Source of the DNA: Conidiobolus incongruus B7586
Taxonomy: Eukaryota
Length of the DNA stretch: 32,910 bases
Assembly: GCA_000697335.1 (NCBI GenBank)
Contig: JNEM01009702.1
Coordinates: forward strand, 1 to 32,910
Direction of reading: 5' to 3'
Shown: positions 23,049 to 32,910 of the stretch, piece by piece
How the letters are laid out: each line of letters begins with the position of its first letter
Numbering within the stretch: position 1 is the first letter of the stretch
Notes under the pieces: model-generated
Told to the model about the DNA's origin: nothing
Seen by the model: the letters and a program-made list of their open reading frames with translations, nothing else
Database searches by the model: none
Made by a program: the position numbers and the translations under genes

Positions 23049-26000
23049 ATGAGTACCACTAGCAAAGGATCCAATAACAACAAAACAAAAGTCACATTAG
23101 ATGGTATTACAAGAATTGTTTCTCTTACTCCTTTTCTCTCTTGGTCTGAGTTTGAAGAATTAGTCGGACAATTATTTAATCATCCTAACAAGAGTTTCTC
23201 CGCTACATATTATGATGCTGATGGTGACCTTATCGCTATTGATCGTCAGGATGAATTTGAAGAGTATCTTGAGAATAACATCGGTTCTAAGCTCTTTTTA
23301 AAAGTTGGCCAAGACAAGGATAATATTGACTGGACGGTAGTTAAATCTTCGGATGAACTTTCTCTCAATTCCCCAAGTCAAGTTGATCAAGAAGAGGAAA
23401 GAAATTCAAAAGTCTCCGTTGATCCTGTATCGTCTTCCTTACTTCAGAGATTTTTCCCCAACTATCAAAGTCCCAACACTATGTCTGAAAATGAAAGACA
23501 AGATCAATTGTTTCAAGAAATGCTGCAAAGATCCGAAAAAGCTTTATTGGAACTTGAATCGCCACAACATACTTCCGCACAGTCGCACAATCATTCTCGA
23601 TTACCCAGCTTAAGCACGTCGGAACATTCCACTCTGCCTAAATTGCCTACTGAAACTTCCCAAAATCCAAATCCTAAAGATTTCCCACAGATTTCTCATT
23701 TAACACCTCCTTCCTCTCTTGAGGAACACAATATTGAGACATCCGTATCTCCACCATTCCCACCCTCACAGCCTGCTTCCGACGATAGCTACAATCCCAA
23801 TACTGAACTTAACGAACCTCATTTTAATAATGGATCTACTAATGTTGATCATCCAACACAACCTAATCAAAATGAACTTCACACCAACTCTCCGGTGGAT
23901 TTTTCCAATATTTCATCTTCTGATACTGCTCTTCAAACAGCCGAATATTATCGCCCTAAGCCATTCGGCTTTCCTTCTATTGATCAATCTGAAATTGAAG
24001 CTAATCAATCCAAATCTCCACGTTTAACCAGCTCTCTTGCAGATTATCCAGTCACTAGTAATGTTCAGCATATTGACCATGAATCCGGCTCTATCACTGA
24101 AGAGGAGTTTTCATCTCCTAGATCTGTAACGCCAGCAGATGACTCTACTTCGAATCCATTTGTTGATGTTGTTGAAGATAATGCAGACGGTGACAAAAGA
24201 AATCAGGATTTAGAACTTTCTCCTGACCATAACATTCCACCATATTTTGAACCACATATTGCAATTTGCCCACCTCATCCAGATTTCATGAATGAGTTTA
24301 ATCTAGAACGAATTCAAGAAGAGATTCAAAAAAATTCCACTTCTCTGATTGCAGCTAATTCTCCTCGTCTTGAACCTACTAACTCCAATCCTCAGCAGGA
24401 TGGGTATGATAATCAAGTTTTACCTCCACCACCTGAACCATACCTTACTATTTGCACTCCGCATCCTGACTTCCCTCATGAAGAAAATAATCACTCTGAA
24501 ACCAACAATGAAATTAATAATATAGCTATAAACGAGACCAGCTCAAATTCAAACATGCAAGAATATAGAAATATACCTGCTCAAGGCACGACTTCAGATG
24601 TTAACAACTCTACTACCCGAGCACCATCACCTCCTATGCCACCTCTTCCTCATTGCATTTTGCAAAGTGTTATACCTAAGTCATCGTCACACGAGGAATC
24701 TAGCCATTCTCAGCCTGAATATGAATCTAATGAACAGATAAACAATAGCCAAGACCAATCCAACCAAATAGATGCCAATAGCACAAATGATCCATCTTCC
24801 GATCGTACTCTTGAGAATATTACAAAGGTATCACGTTTATTTGATCAATATAGATCATGCATCCCAAATCAAATGCATGTTACTTTAGTTGTTGATATTC
24901 TCATAGATCAAATTGTATCTGGTGTGCAAATTGAAACCAATGTATTGGAAGTTAGTCTTCAAAACCTATCTGGTCAAACTTATCCCACCAGCAACCCATC
25001 TAGAGCCTTTATGGATTCGCTTAATTCTCTTTTCAGGCAATTTGGTACATCTTTACATCAGTTTATGGATCAATTCAATAACCATCTAAATGTTGATGCT
25101 GGTCAATCTAATCAAGATCAAACTAACAATCCTCGTGATGCTAACTCAAACGACTCATTGAATGAAAAATCTACTCAGGATGGAACTGAAACACCAGCAA
25201 TTCATTTCCCCAATGTCCCTCAGCACCAACCTTCAAATACTCCACCACATCACCCACACCCATCTTACTCTCGAAATGAACCCATACATTGGCCGCGTAT
25301 TCCTTTCCATTTCCCCCCATTTCATGCTCCACCATTCCCTCATCCTCATCCTCATCCACATGGTCCAGGCTCTGGTCCTCATACTCATCCTCCAGGCTGC
25401 CCTGGTCCTCGCCCACCACATCATTCTCCAGATCACCAACCAAGACCTCATTCCCCACCTTCTCCTCCTCATCATCGTCACCACCACCATCATTCAAGAT
25501 TTCACCATCGCCACTCAACCCATCATTCTCATGATCGTCGCGAATCAACTAGTACAGATTCCAGCTTAACTGATCGCCCAAGACGTCATAAATGTCATAG
25601 AAGGCACAGAATCGTAAAATCTCATTTATCCCCGCCCGATGAAAATCAAAAAGAAGAAAATAACGCTGATATCTCTTCCAGTACTATAGTTGTTGACCAA
25701 GCACCTAAACAACAAGATAAAGATTCACTTTTCCCAATGCGCGAAGAATTGAAAAACTCCCAAACCCCAATTGAAGGCCAGATTGAATCTGATAATGAGG
25801 TTGAAGTGAAAGTTTATATTCCCCCAAGACGCTCACACACTTACTCTTACACTCAGTCTGAGCTGAATGCCCATAACAATCACGAAAATACACAAGTTGA
25901 AGAGGATAGCCATGGTCATGAAAGAAACCAGAAGTTGCTACACCAATTGAGAACTTTAAACGATATGGGATTCCATGATGATCGTCTTAACCATCGTGTA

Positions 26001-26072
26001 CTCGATGTATTCGATGGTGACCTTCAAAAGGCTGCAAACCACTTACTCATCATTGGAAATGTGTCAGAATAG
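23049..26072 (+). CDS. PB1 and UBA domain protein (p62/SQSTM1/NBR1-like selective autophagy receptor candidate), 1007 aa, intronless
   Basis: N-terminal PB1 with basic Lys (TKVTLDGITR) and acidic OPCA motif (YYDADGDLIAIDRQDEFEE). C-terminal UBA LHQLRTLNDMGFHDDRLNHRVLDVFDGDLQKAANHLL. Candidate LIR DNIDWTVV. Long low-complexity middle. Confidence 0.88.
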   Translation: MSTTSKGSNNNKTKVTLDGITRIVSLTPFLSWSEFEELVGQLFNHPNKSFSATYYDADGDLIAIDRQDEFEEYLENNIGSKLFLKVGQDKDNIDWTVVKSSDELSLNSPSQVDQEEERNSKVSVDPVSSSLLQRFFPNYQSPNTMSENERQDQLFQEMLQRSEKALLELESPQHTSAQSHNHSRLPSLSTSEHSTLPKLPTETSQNPNPKDFPQISHLTPPSSLEEHNIETSVSPPFPPSQPASDDSYNPNTELNEPHFNNGSTNVDHPTQPNQNELHTNSPVDFSNISSSDTALQTAEYYRPKPFGFPSIDQSEIEANQSKSPRLTSSLADYPVTSNVQHIDHESGSITEEEFSSPRSVTPADDSTSNPFVDVVEDNADGDKRNQDLELSPDHNIPPYFEPHIAICPPHPDFMNEFNLERIQEEIQKNSTSLIAANSPRLEPTNSNPQQDGYDNQVLPPPPEPYLTICTPHPDFPHEENNHSETNNEINNIAINETSSNSNMQEYRNIPAQGTTSDVNNSTTRAPSPPMPPLPHCILQSVIPKSSSHEESSHSQPEYESNEQINNSQDQSNQIDANSTNDPSSDRTLENITKVSRLFDQYRSCIPNQMHVTLVVDILIDQIVSGVQIETNVLEVSLQNLSGQTYPTSNPSRAFMDSLNSLFRQFGTSLHQFMDQFNNHLNVDAGQSNQDQTNNPRDANSNDSLNEKSTQDGTETPAIHFPNVPQHQPSNTPPHHPHPSYSRNEPIHWPRIPFHFPPFHAPPFPHPHPHPHGPGSGPHTHPPGCPGPRPPHHSPDHQPRPHSPPSPPHHRHHHHHSRFHHRHSTHHSHDRRESTSTDSSLTDRPRRHKCHRRHRIVKSHLSPPDENQKEENNADISSSTIVVDQAPKQQDKDSLFPMREELKNSQTPIEGQIESDNEVEVKVYIPPRRSHTYSYTQSELNAHNNHENTQVEEDSHGHERNQKLLHQLRTLNDMGFHDDRLNHRVLDVFDGDLQKAANHLLIIGNVSE

Positions 26073-27205
26073 TTAGTTTCTCTTGCTTCATTTTAGGTTA
26101 ATCTCTAGTATGTTCATTGAAATATATGTTTTTAATCGATTTTGATAATTTAATCATTTTATATTGTTGAATAAATATATTTTATAGTTTAAAAGTTAAT
26201 TTTCATTAATAACATTGATGTAATCAATATATTTTCCATTTATCTGCTCTGTAGTAAATCAATATATCAATATATAAAGAAAATTCATGTATTTGGTTGC
26301 TTAATCTGAATGTTTTACTAACTTAAGAAGTATATTATGTTGAAAATTTTTAGATGCAAATATTCTATCTTATTTACTAAATAGTTGATTAAAAAAGTTT
26401 TGTTTTATTTTTCATTGTATATTCTTTCAAGTTGAAATTTTGGACTAGACATACTCAATAATCAAATTATTTTTTTATTTATACTAATATCTTTATATAT
26501 TTATGTTATTCTAAAAGTTTTGGTATAGCCTCTTCTCTAAGGATAATATTTGAAATACAGTATATCATATTATTCTGTTCTTATACTATTAATTTATATA
26601 ACCAATCATATTCAATAATTCATTAATATCTATTCAATTAATCAAAAAATCATTAGATCTTTAATAGATATGATATTTTAAATATTTGAAAATAATCATA
26701 TTAATAAAAGCCATTAAAATATAAGTCAAAATTACAGATACACCTGTTCGCAATGATAGAGAACTCACCAATTATGTAAAATAGAAAATAATAAGTAATT
26801 AAATAAAACGAAATAATTAAAATTGAATAGTATATAATTCAAAAATAATAATTTTCCATATCTATCAAATAATAGTTTATTTATCAGAATAATATTATTA
26901 CATGTGATATAATAATGATTACAAATAGTTTATTTAATTCGATTAAGAAAGAATGACATAAAATTATTCTAAAGGATTTCTAATATGCATTGCGACAGTA
27001 TCGACTATATTTTTGATTGATTAAAATATCCATTTTAATTTATAAATCATCAAACTATCTGACAAATTTAAAATTCAAGTTTTAGATGGAAAGTAAAATG
27101 AGATAATACTTAATTTATTTAAACTTATTTTAATACACAATAGTATTTCATAATTAATATCTCAAGGCCGTTTTCAATTATGTATCATTAATATATTTTA
27201 ATATA

Positions 27206-28529
27206 ATGAGAATAAAATCTCCAATAACTAAGAATAATGAAACCAAGCAAGAGTTGTCCGATAAAATTAATATATTTTCATTTGGTAATGAACAATTATC
27301 AAGTAGACATTACTTAGATCAGCAAATTAAAGAAATGATGTTGAGCACATTAACAACAAAATAAAAACAAGTAACAATCAAGATTTTCGAAGATCCTAAA
27401 ATTAGAGTCAGAGTTCTTCAACAATTACACTAGATTCCAACTACTGTCAGTATTGCCAGTTCTCTAATATTTAATATTTCTGAAAAGGAAACTGAAAAAA
27501 CTTACAATGAAAGATCCCTGTAAAATGAATGGTAATCCATTTCAACCAAATCGCAATATAGCGAAAAAGAAGCAATTACCTAAAAAATTAATCAATAGTC
27601 CTTCTAATGATATACCCACCCAATTGCATTCTGATTCTGAAATCGATATATTAATGAAAGAACATAATGATATTGAAATAACTTCAAAGCTGGATAAATT
27701 GAACTTATCTAATGGAAATAACTCCCAACTTATTCTGAATTCTGATATATCTGCCAATACTTCTGTTACGTTATTAAATAATTTTAAACCTTCACCTCCA
27801 CTCTCCTTCAATCCTTTGCTATATCAGAAGAGCCTAATTTAGAAAGAAGAGATTCTGCAAATAGCAGTACAACTCTTTGTAGCAACAGTTCTCGTACATT
27901 TTATTCAGAAAAAATATTTTGGCCCCAACCAATTTAAAATTGATAGAGACAATAATGAAACTTAGAATGGCTGCTAAATCGAAAAATAGAGTGGTAAAGC
28001 TCAACAATCTCAATGTAAAAGTTCTCCAGCCATATTCTGATCGAGAGAGTCGAAAACTCTACCTTCAGAGAGCGCATTTAAGTTTAAACCACGATTCAAA
28101 TACATTAATTACTAAAGATTTCAAAATGTTTAATAAGCACCACTTCGATCAAGAAATATATGAAGGATGGAACCATGACTTAAATCTTCCAAAGGATAGT
28201 GCTAATGTATATGTATATTGGTAGGGATATGAAATCTATCTACCAACTGAATTTTTGCAGCAATTTCTGTAGGATAGTTCATCATTGAAGAGTGTTCTTA
28301 AATTTCTTGCAACAGTCTTATCTTTAGTTCCCATCGTTCTCCCATTCATGGCACTTCATTACTGGTTTTTTACCCCTTCAAGGAGATGTATTAAATATGC
28401 TTTCATCTCCAACAGGTTGTATTTTAACCGCAACATGGTAAATGCTTAAATTGATATATTTGATTTATAGTACTAATTTGTTTTAGGGTTTTACCTACTG
28501 TTGTTATTCCTCGACATTAGCGATTATAA
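27206..28529 (+). pseudogene. Pseudogene of an uncharacterised fungal family with WWGYE...ATWVLP motifs
   Basis: Fragments read ANVYVYW*GYEIYLPTEFLQQFL*DSSSLKSVLKFLATVLSLVPIVLPFMA, then after a frameshift FITGFLPLQGDVLNMLSSPTGCILTATW|VLPTVVIPRH*. An intact intron at 28438-28486 (GT...TACTAAT...TAG) restores the Trp codon. Further stops and frameshifts lie in 27206-27920. Family recognised from memory of fungal hypothetical proteins. Confidence 0.7.
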
Positions 28530-29917
28530 TCTTTGTAAACATTCCCTTTTTTATTTAATAAATTTTCACTTTTAAATAATAATATATTGACTAAATTAAT
28601 TAAAATTAAAATAATTAACTTTATTAATGTATCCACCATTTTAATATTGTTAAGTAATATTCCAATAAGTTTAATTATTACATATTAATATTTTGAATTT
28701 GATATTTAATAATAAGTGATGAAATTACTTTTAATCAAAAATGGTTTCTATAAACCCTTAGGATTTCAAATCATAATTTACACATTATTATGTAATAATG
28801 AATTTATATTGTGTAACAAACAATTAAAGTATTTGCTATCAAAAAGCAAATATTCATAATCTATTATCATATTATAATTATTATAATATAATGAAAAAAT
28901 TATAACTCCTAAATTTTCCTGTTATTAATGAAATTTGAAATTGATACCAATTAATAATTTAATAGGGTACATATTTTCAATATTGCTTTATTAATAAATT
29001 AACTCTCAGCAAAAAATATTATAGTATATATTCAAGTGTCTATATATTAAATAGTTTTTTTTAAATTTAATGAACTATAATCTAATTAAATTTTATAATA
29101 TATATGTATATATTCTGATATTTTTATATTATTTTATTCATTTTTAAATAACTATTTGAATACGTTAAAAAAATTTTTTAAATTAATAATATCATTATTA
29201 TTTATTAAATTATCAAAATTATATTAATTAATTAAAAATGAAATTATTATATATATATATATATATCAATTCAATTAATTTAATTTAAGTACAGAAATTA
29301 TTAATTATAAAAGATATAAATAGATTATTTAATTATTTAAGATATTATAGATCTTTAATATTACTTTAAATAATTTTATAAATTTTAAGAAACAATTTTT
29401 GAATTTATTCTATAAATTGTAAATCATATTATGACTCATTATTTTCAATAAAATTGATTGATAAATTTTGATAAAATATGGTTAAACTCACTAATCATCA
29501 TTTTCAATACTTTTAATATTAAATTTCTTTTTGATTTTAAAAATTGATGAAGAAAAATTTGTATAAATAATAATCTAATATGAATTGTGCAAAATATCTG
29601 GTCTTCGAATAGATGATATGTAATGTAGTGATTAAAAGGCTACAGAAATGTCTAATACTTGATTAAATAGTATATTAAATATATCATACATTAACTTTAA
29701 TCAAAAGAAATATTCTTTAGGAATGTGAAAAAATAGGATGTAATCAATAATAAAAGGTTATCTGACAAGTTTCAAATATATTTATTTTCATGTTATAATA
29801 CCAAAAAATATTTTATATCATATAAAATTTGAAATTAAAAAAAATGTTGTGATTTTTAAGTCAACTAAGAGATAAAATGGGTTATATGGTACACTTAATC
29901 ATGACAATGATATTACA

Positions 29918-30676
29918 TTACAAAATTTGAAAGTGAGAAGGCTGTTGAGGTACTCCCATCCCTGCAGGATGCTGAATATGATGATGCTGATGAGGCATGC
30001 CCATGGTTTGGTTGTTCATCATCATAAGCTGCTGTTGTTGCTGCTGATCCATCATCGAATCAAATCCCATGTTGGGATAGGGCAGAGGGTTGTTTCCAGA
30101 ATTACGGGATGAATTGACACGGAATGGGTTACTGCATCGATCCTTACCAAATCTAATTGCGTATCCAGAATAGCTTGGGTTTTTCTGAATTCTTTCATAA
30201 GCACTAACCGCATTTAATAAACTAGTAAAATTGACAAACCCAGTGTTTTTCTCCTTAATAATATGAACTTGTTCGATTTCTCCAAATTCGCTGAAATCAC
30301 TTCGTAGCTTTTGTTCGGTAAAGGAAGGGTCGATACCACCCAAATAAATGTTCCTGGTTGCTCCCTTTCTCAAGGAGTCAATAATTCTTTCAGATAAAAA
30401 TACAGGTTTGGCCCAACCTAATTTGATTCTTCTACCACGAATCATAATTCCCTGGTAAGACGCTTGCTGAAAAAAGTTAGCAGCTTGGGTCACATCCACG
30501 AAAGTGACAAACGCACAATGTTTATCTAACATTAATTTAACGTTAATAAGCATACCGCCTCTTACTACATTACAAACATCTTCTGCAGTAGTTTCAGGGT
30601 GCAGATTCCCCATCCAAATTTGACGTAATTGGTGGGCAAGATCGCCTGGAGGTACAGAAGACATAAAAGAGATCAT
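29918..30676 (-). CDS. MRN1: RNA-binding protein with two RRMs, Mrn1/S. pombe Nrd1(Msa2) family, Q/M/H-rich tail, 252 aa
   Basis: RQIWMGNLHPETTAEDVCNVVRGGML...DKHCAFVTFVD...RRIKLGWAK and GATRNIYLGGID...LRSDFSEFGEIEQV...GFVNFTSLLNAV...IRFGKDRC match the paired RRMs of this family. An in-frame TAA lies directly before the ATG. Confidence 0.82.
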   Translation of the reverse strand: MISFMSSVPPGDLAHQLRQIWMGNLHPETTAEDVCNVVRGGMLINVKLMLDKHCAFVTFVDVTQAANFFQQASYQGIMIRGRRIKLGWAKPVFLSERIIDSLRKGATRNIYLGGIDPSFTEQKLRSDFSEFGEIEQVHIIKEKNTGFVNFTSLLNAVSAYERIQKNPSYSGYAIRFGKDRCSNPFRVNSSRNSGNNPLPYPNMGFDSMMDQQQQQQLMMMNNQTMGMPHQHHHIQHPAGMGVPQQPSHFQIL

Positions 30677-32910
30677 TTAAATAATAATATTGTCAAAACT
30701 GAAAACTTGGAATATTTTAAAGGTTAAAATGAGGAAGTTAACAAAAGATAAAATATAAAAGGGTCAAAGCTGGCCAAAGAAAAGGGATAGGCGCACAAAG
30801 TGATAAAAACAAAAAAGAGAATAGAAGGGTCCAAGAAGAAATAAAGAATGAATAGTAAAGAATAGGCTATGGAATATTAAATTATCAAATTGCAGCCAAG
30901 AAAATAAAAAAAGTAATAAGAAAGAAAGCAAGAAGAGATATTTTGTATAGGGATTAATATAAATGTAGGGGTAGAATTGACAAATAAAATTGCCTTATTG
31001 GGCATTTGACTAGGTACGAAAAATGAGCATTAGGTAGAATGTTGTGTAAGTGCTCAATTTCAAACTGTTCCATATTCGTCTTCTCTATTAAATTTTGAGT
31101 GACGTCTATCGTGTCTCAGTTTGTTAACCCCTGATTATTTGAAGAAACAGGCTGGCTGATTATGGTGAGAATATTGCTTTCTTTGGCATGTTTGTGCTTG
31201 TCTTTGAATATCCATACCAAACTTGAGTATATTCTTCAAGAATTGATTTACTGAGTATTTTCTATTTGATGGAATGGAGCGTGCTCTTTAATTCATCCAT
31301 TGCATTAATAATGAATCTGATTGGAATGCTTTCTAAATAATGAATTTGGGTTTAAGTAATTCAATTAAATCCTTATTAAGATATGATAATTAATCTTAAA
31401 AATAAACTGTTCTACTCCGGTTAATAAGAAAATAAATAGATTACATGGTATAATTCTCAGGCAAACTGATAATATACAAAAGTTTATATTTTCAGATTAT
31501 GAATATGCTGCTAGTTCTTCACAATGCTAATAAAGATAACAACTGAGCTTTGAAAATGTAATGATTAAATTAATTAAAACCATTACTTTTACATCTTAAT
31601 TATTCTGCAAGTAGATTTTTAAAATGATAATTTAGTAAAACAGTGTTATTAAATAAGAAATTTCCAATAGAACAATATAGCTTTCTTAGCGAAAAATAAA
31701 GGAATTATATTTTGATTTAAGTATTTTAATAAACTTGGTCATCTAAGGTAATTTACTTGAACTTATTAAACTCTATTGGTTTCCTTAAGATCATCACAAT
31801 ATATAATTATTTACAGAACGGAACATTGTGATTAACCGGGTTATATAAATTATATAGTATTTTTTAAATATATTTAATACTATTTTATCTATTTAGTATT
31901 AGATTTCCAACCAGACTTTTCAGCACTCGATTTTTAGTTCAATGCCTGATTGATACAGACTCCGCCCATTCTATCCTAATGTAGTTCTGCATAATACATA
32001 ATTGATATATTTTTTCAAAGTTATTATCTCAAGTTAATTTATTATATTACATTTGAATTATATTTTACTTACTGAATTTTAATTACAAAGTAATTTGATT
32101 CAATTTTCAATTTATTTTTCAAAACAATAAATATTTTTTTCAAACGAATTAAATAATATTTAAAATAATTAATTTTGTTAAATAACAATAATATAGTTTG
32201 TTTAGATGCTTTTTCTTTAAGCTGTGATAACTTTTAATTTATACAAATTTTTATTTCAAATTTTAGGCTAATATGTATTAATTATACTTGTCCACATTTC
32301 AAATAAGATAAATTTTTTGATTAGGGCTTTGAGGTCCAAACTCTATAAGAATAATGTGGTATTAATTTATGCCTAATTCATCTTTGTATATTATTTATAT
32401 GAGTATATATAGTAAAAATCTGAGCAAGGGAATGTATTTTATAAATTAAATATTAGTTTAGAATGAAAAAATGGCAAATTTTTTAATTTCTGATTTTTCA
32501 AGTATATTGATAGTTTTGAAATATAAATATATATAAAATATATAAAAGAATTAATATTTTTAAAATATATATATATATATATATTTACCTTAATATTATT
32601 TCTTTAGTAGAATATTTTTAATTCAAAATTTAACATTAAATTTAATCAAGTTTAAATTAAATAGTGATAATTAAATTTTTTGATTTTAATATTATTAATA
32701 CTTAACCATAAACCTTTAAAAGTCATTTAAAATTTATAAATAGCTTATATAGATAGTATTTTATCTAAATTTAATATTTAATATAAAAGTTGTTTCTTTA
32801 AAATATAAAGGATATTATTTAAAATTTATTTAAATTTAAAAAACTAATTTTAACTATTATTTTTTATTAAATAATAAAATAAAAAATTATCTAAAAAATT
32901 AAATAATAAT

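Noticed and set aside
25162..25893. Overlapping and antisense ORFs within the PB1-UBA gene
   Set aside because: Shadows of His/Pro-rich codon usage, with no independent motifs.
19557..28529. Alternative genetic code or RIP as the explanation for in-frame stops
   Set aside because: Intact genes end at TAA/TAG normally, the relics also contain frameshifts, and at least one stop looks like a transversion (likely GAA to TAA at 20606).
1..32910. Prokaryotic systems, CRISPR arrays, RNA genes or intact transposons
   Set aside because: Spliceosomal introns and eukaryotic gene families throughout. I saw no repeat-spacer array, tRNA/rRNA signature, terminal repeats or RT/transposase motifs by eye.

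Overview
Very AT-rich eukaryotic DNA with compact genes and short (43-66 nt) GT-AG introns. It is most consistent with an early-diverging fungus (Zoopagomycota/Conidiobolus-like; this is inference). Manual splicing gives seven intact genes: an I9 peptidase inhibitor (950-1340, -), SYF2 with a long N-terminal extension (3625-5819, -), GPATCH4 (8750-9810, -), a RING-H2 E3 ligase with a second RING-like domain and heat-shock elements upstream (10737-11627, -), an RSC/polybromo-like protein with bromo-ankyrin-degenerate bromo-BAH-Q-rich-putative Ig-like architecture (14509-18620, -), a PB1-LIR-UBA p62/NBR1-like receptor lacking ZZ/FW domains (23049-26072, +), and a two-RRM Mrn1/S. pombe Nrd1-like protein (29918-30676, -). 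Decayed gene copies lie between them: a probable TFIIIC subunit pseudogene, a WWGYE-family pseudogene and weaker relics. I recognised no rRNA, tRNA, CRISPR array or intact transposon. Family assignments come from motif recognition, not database searches.
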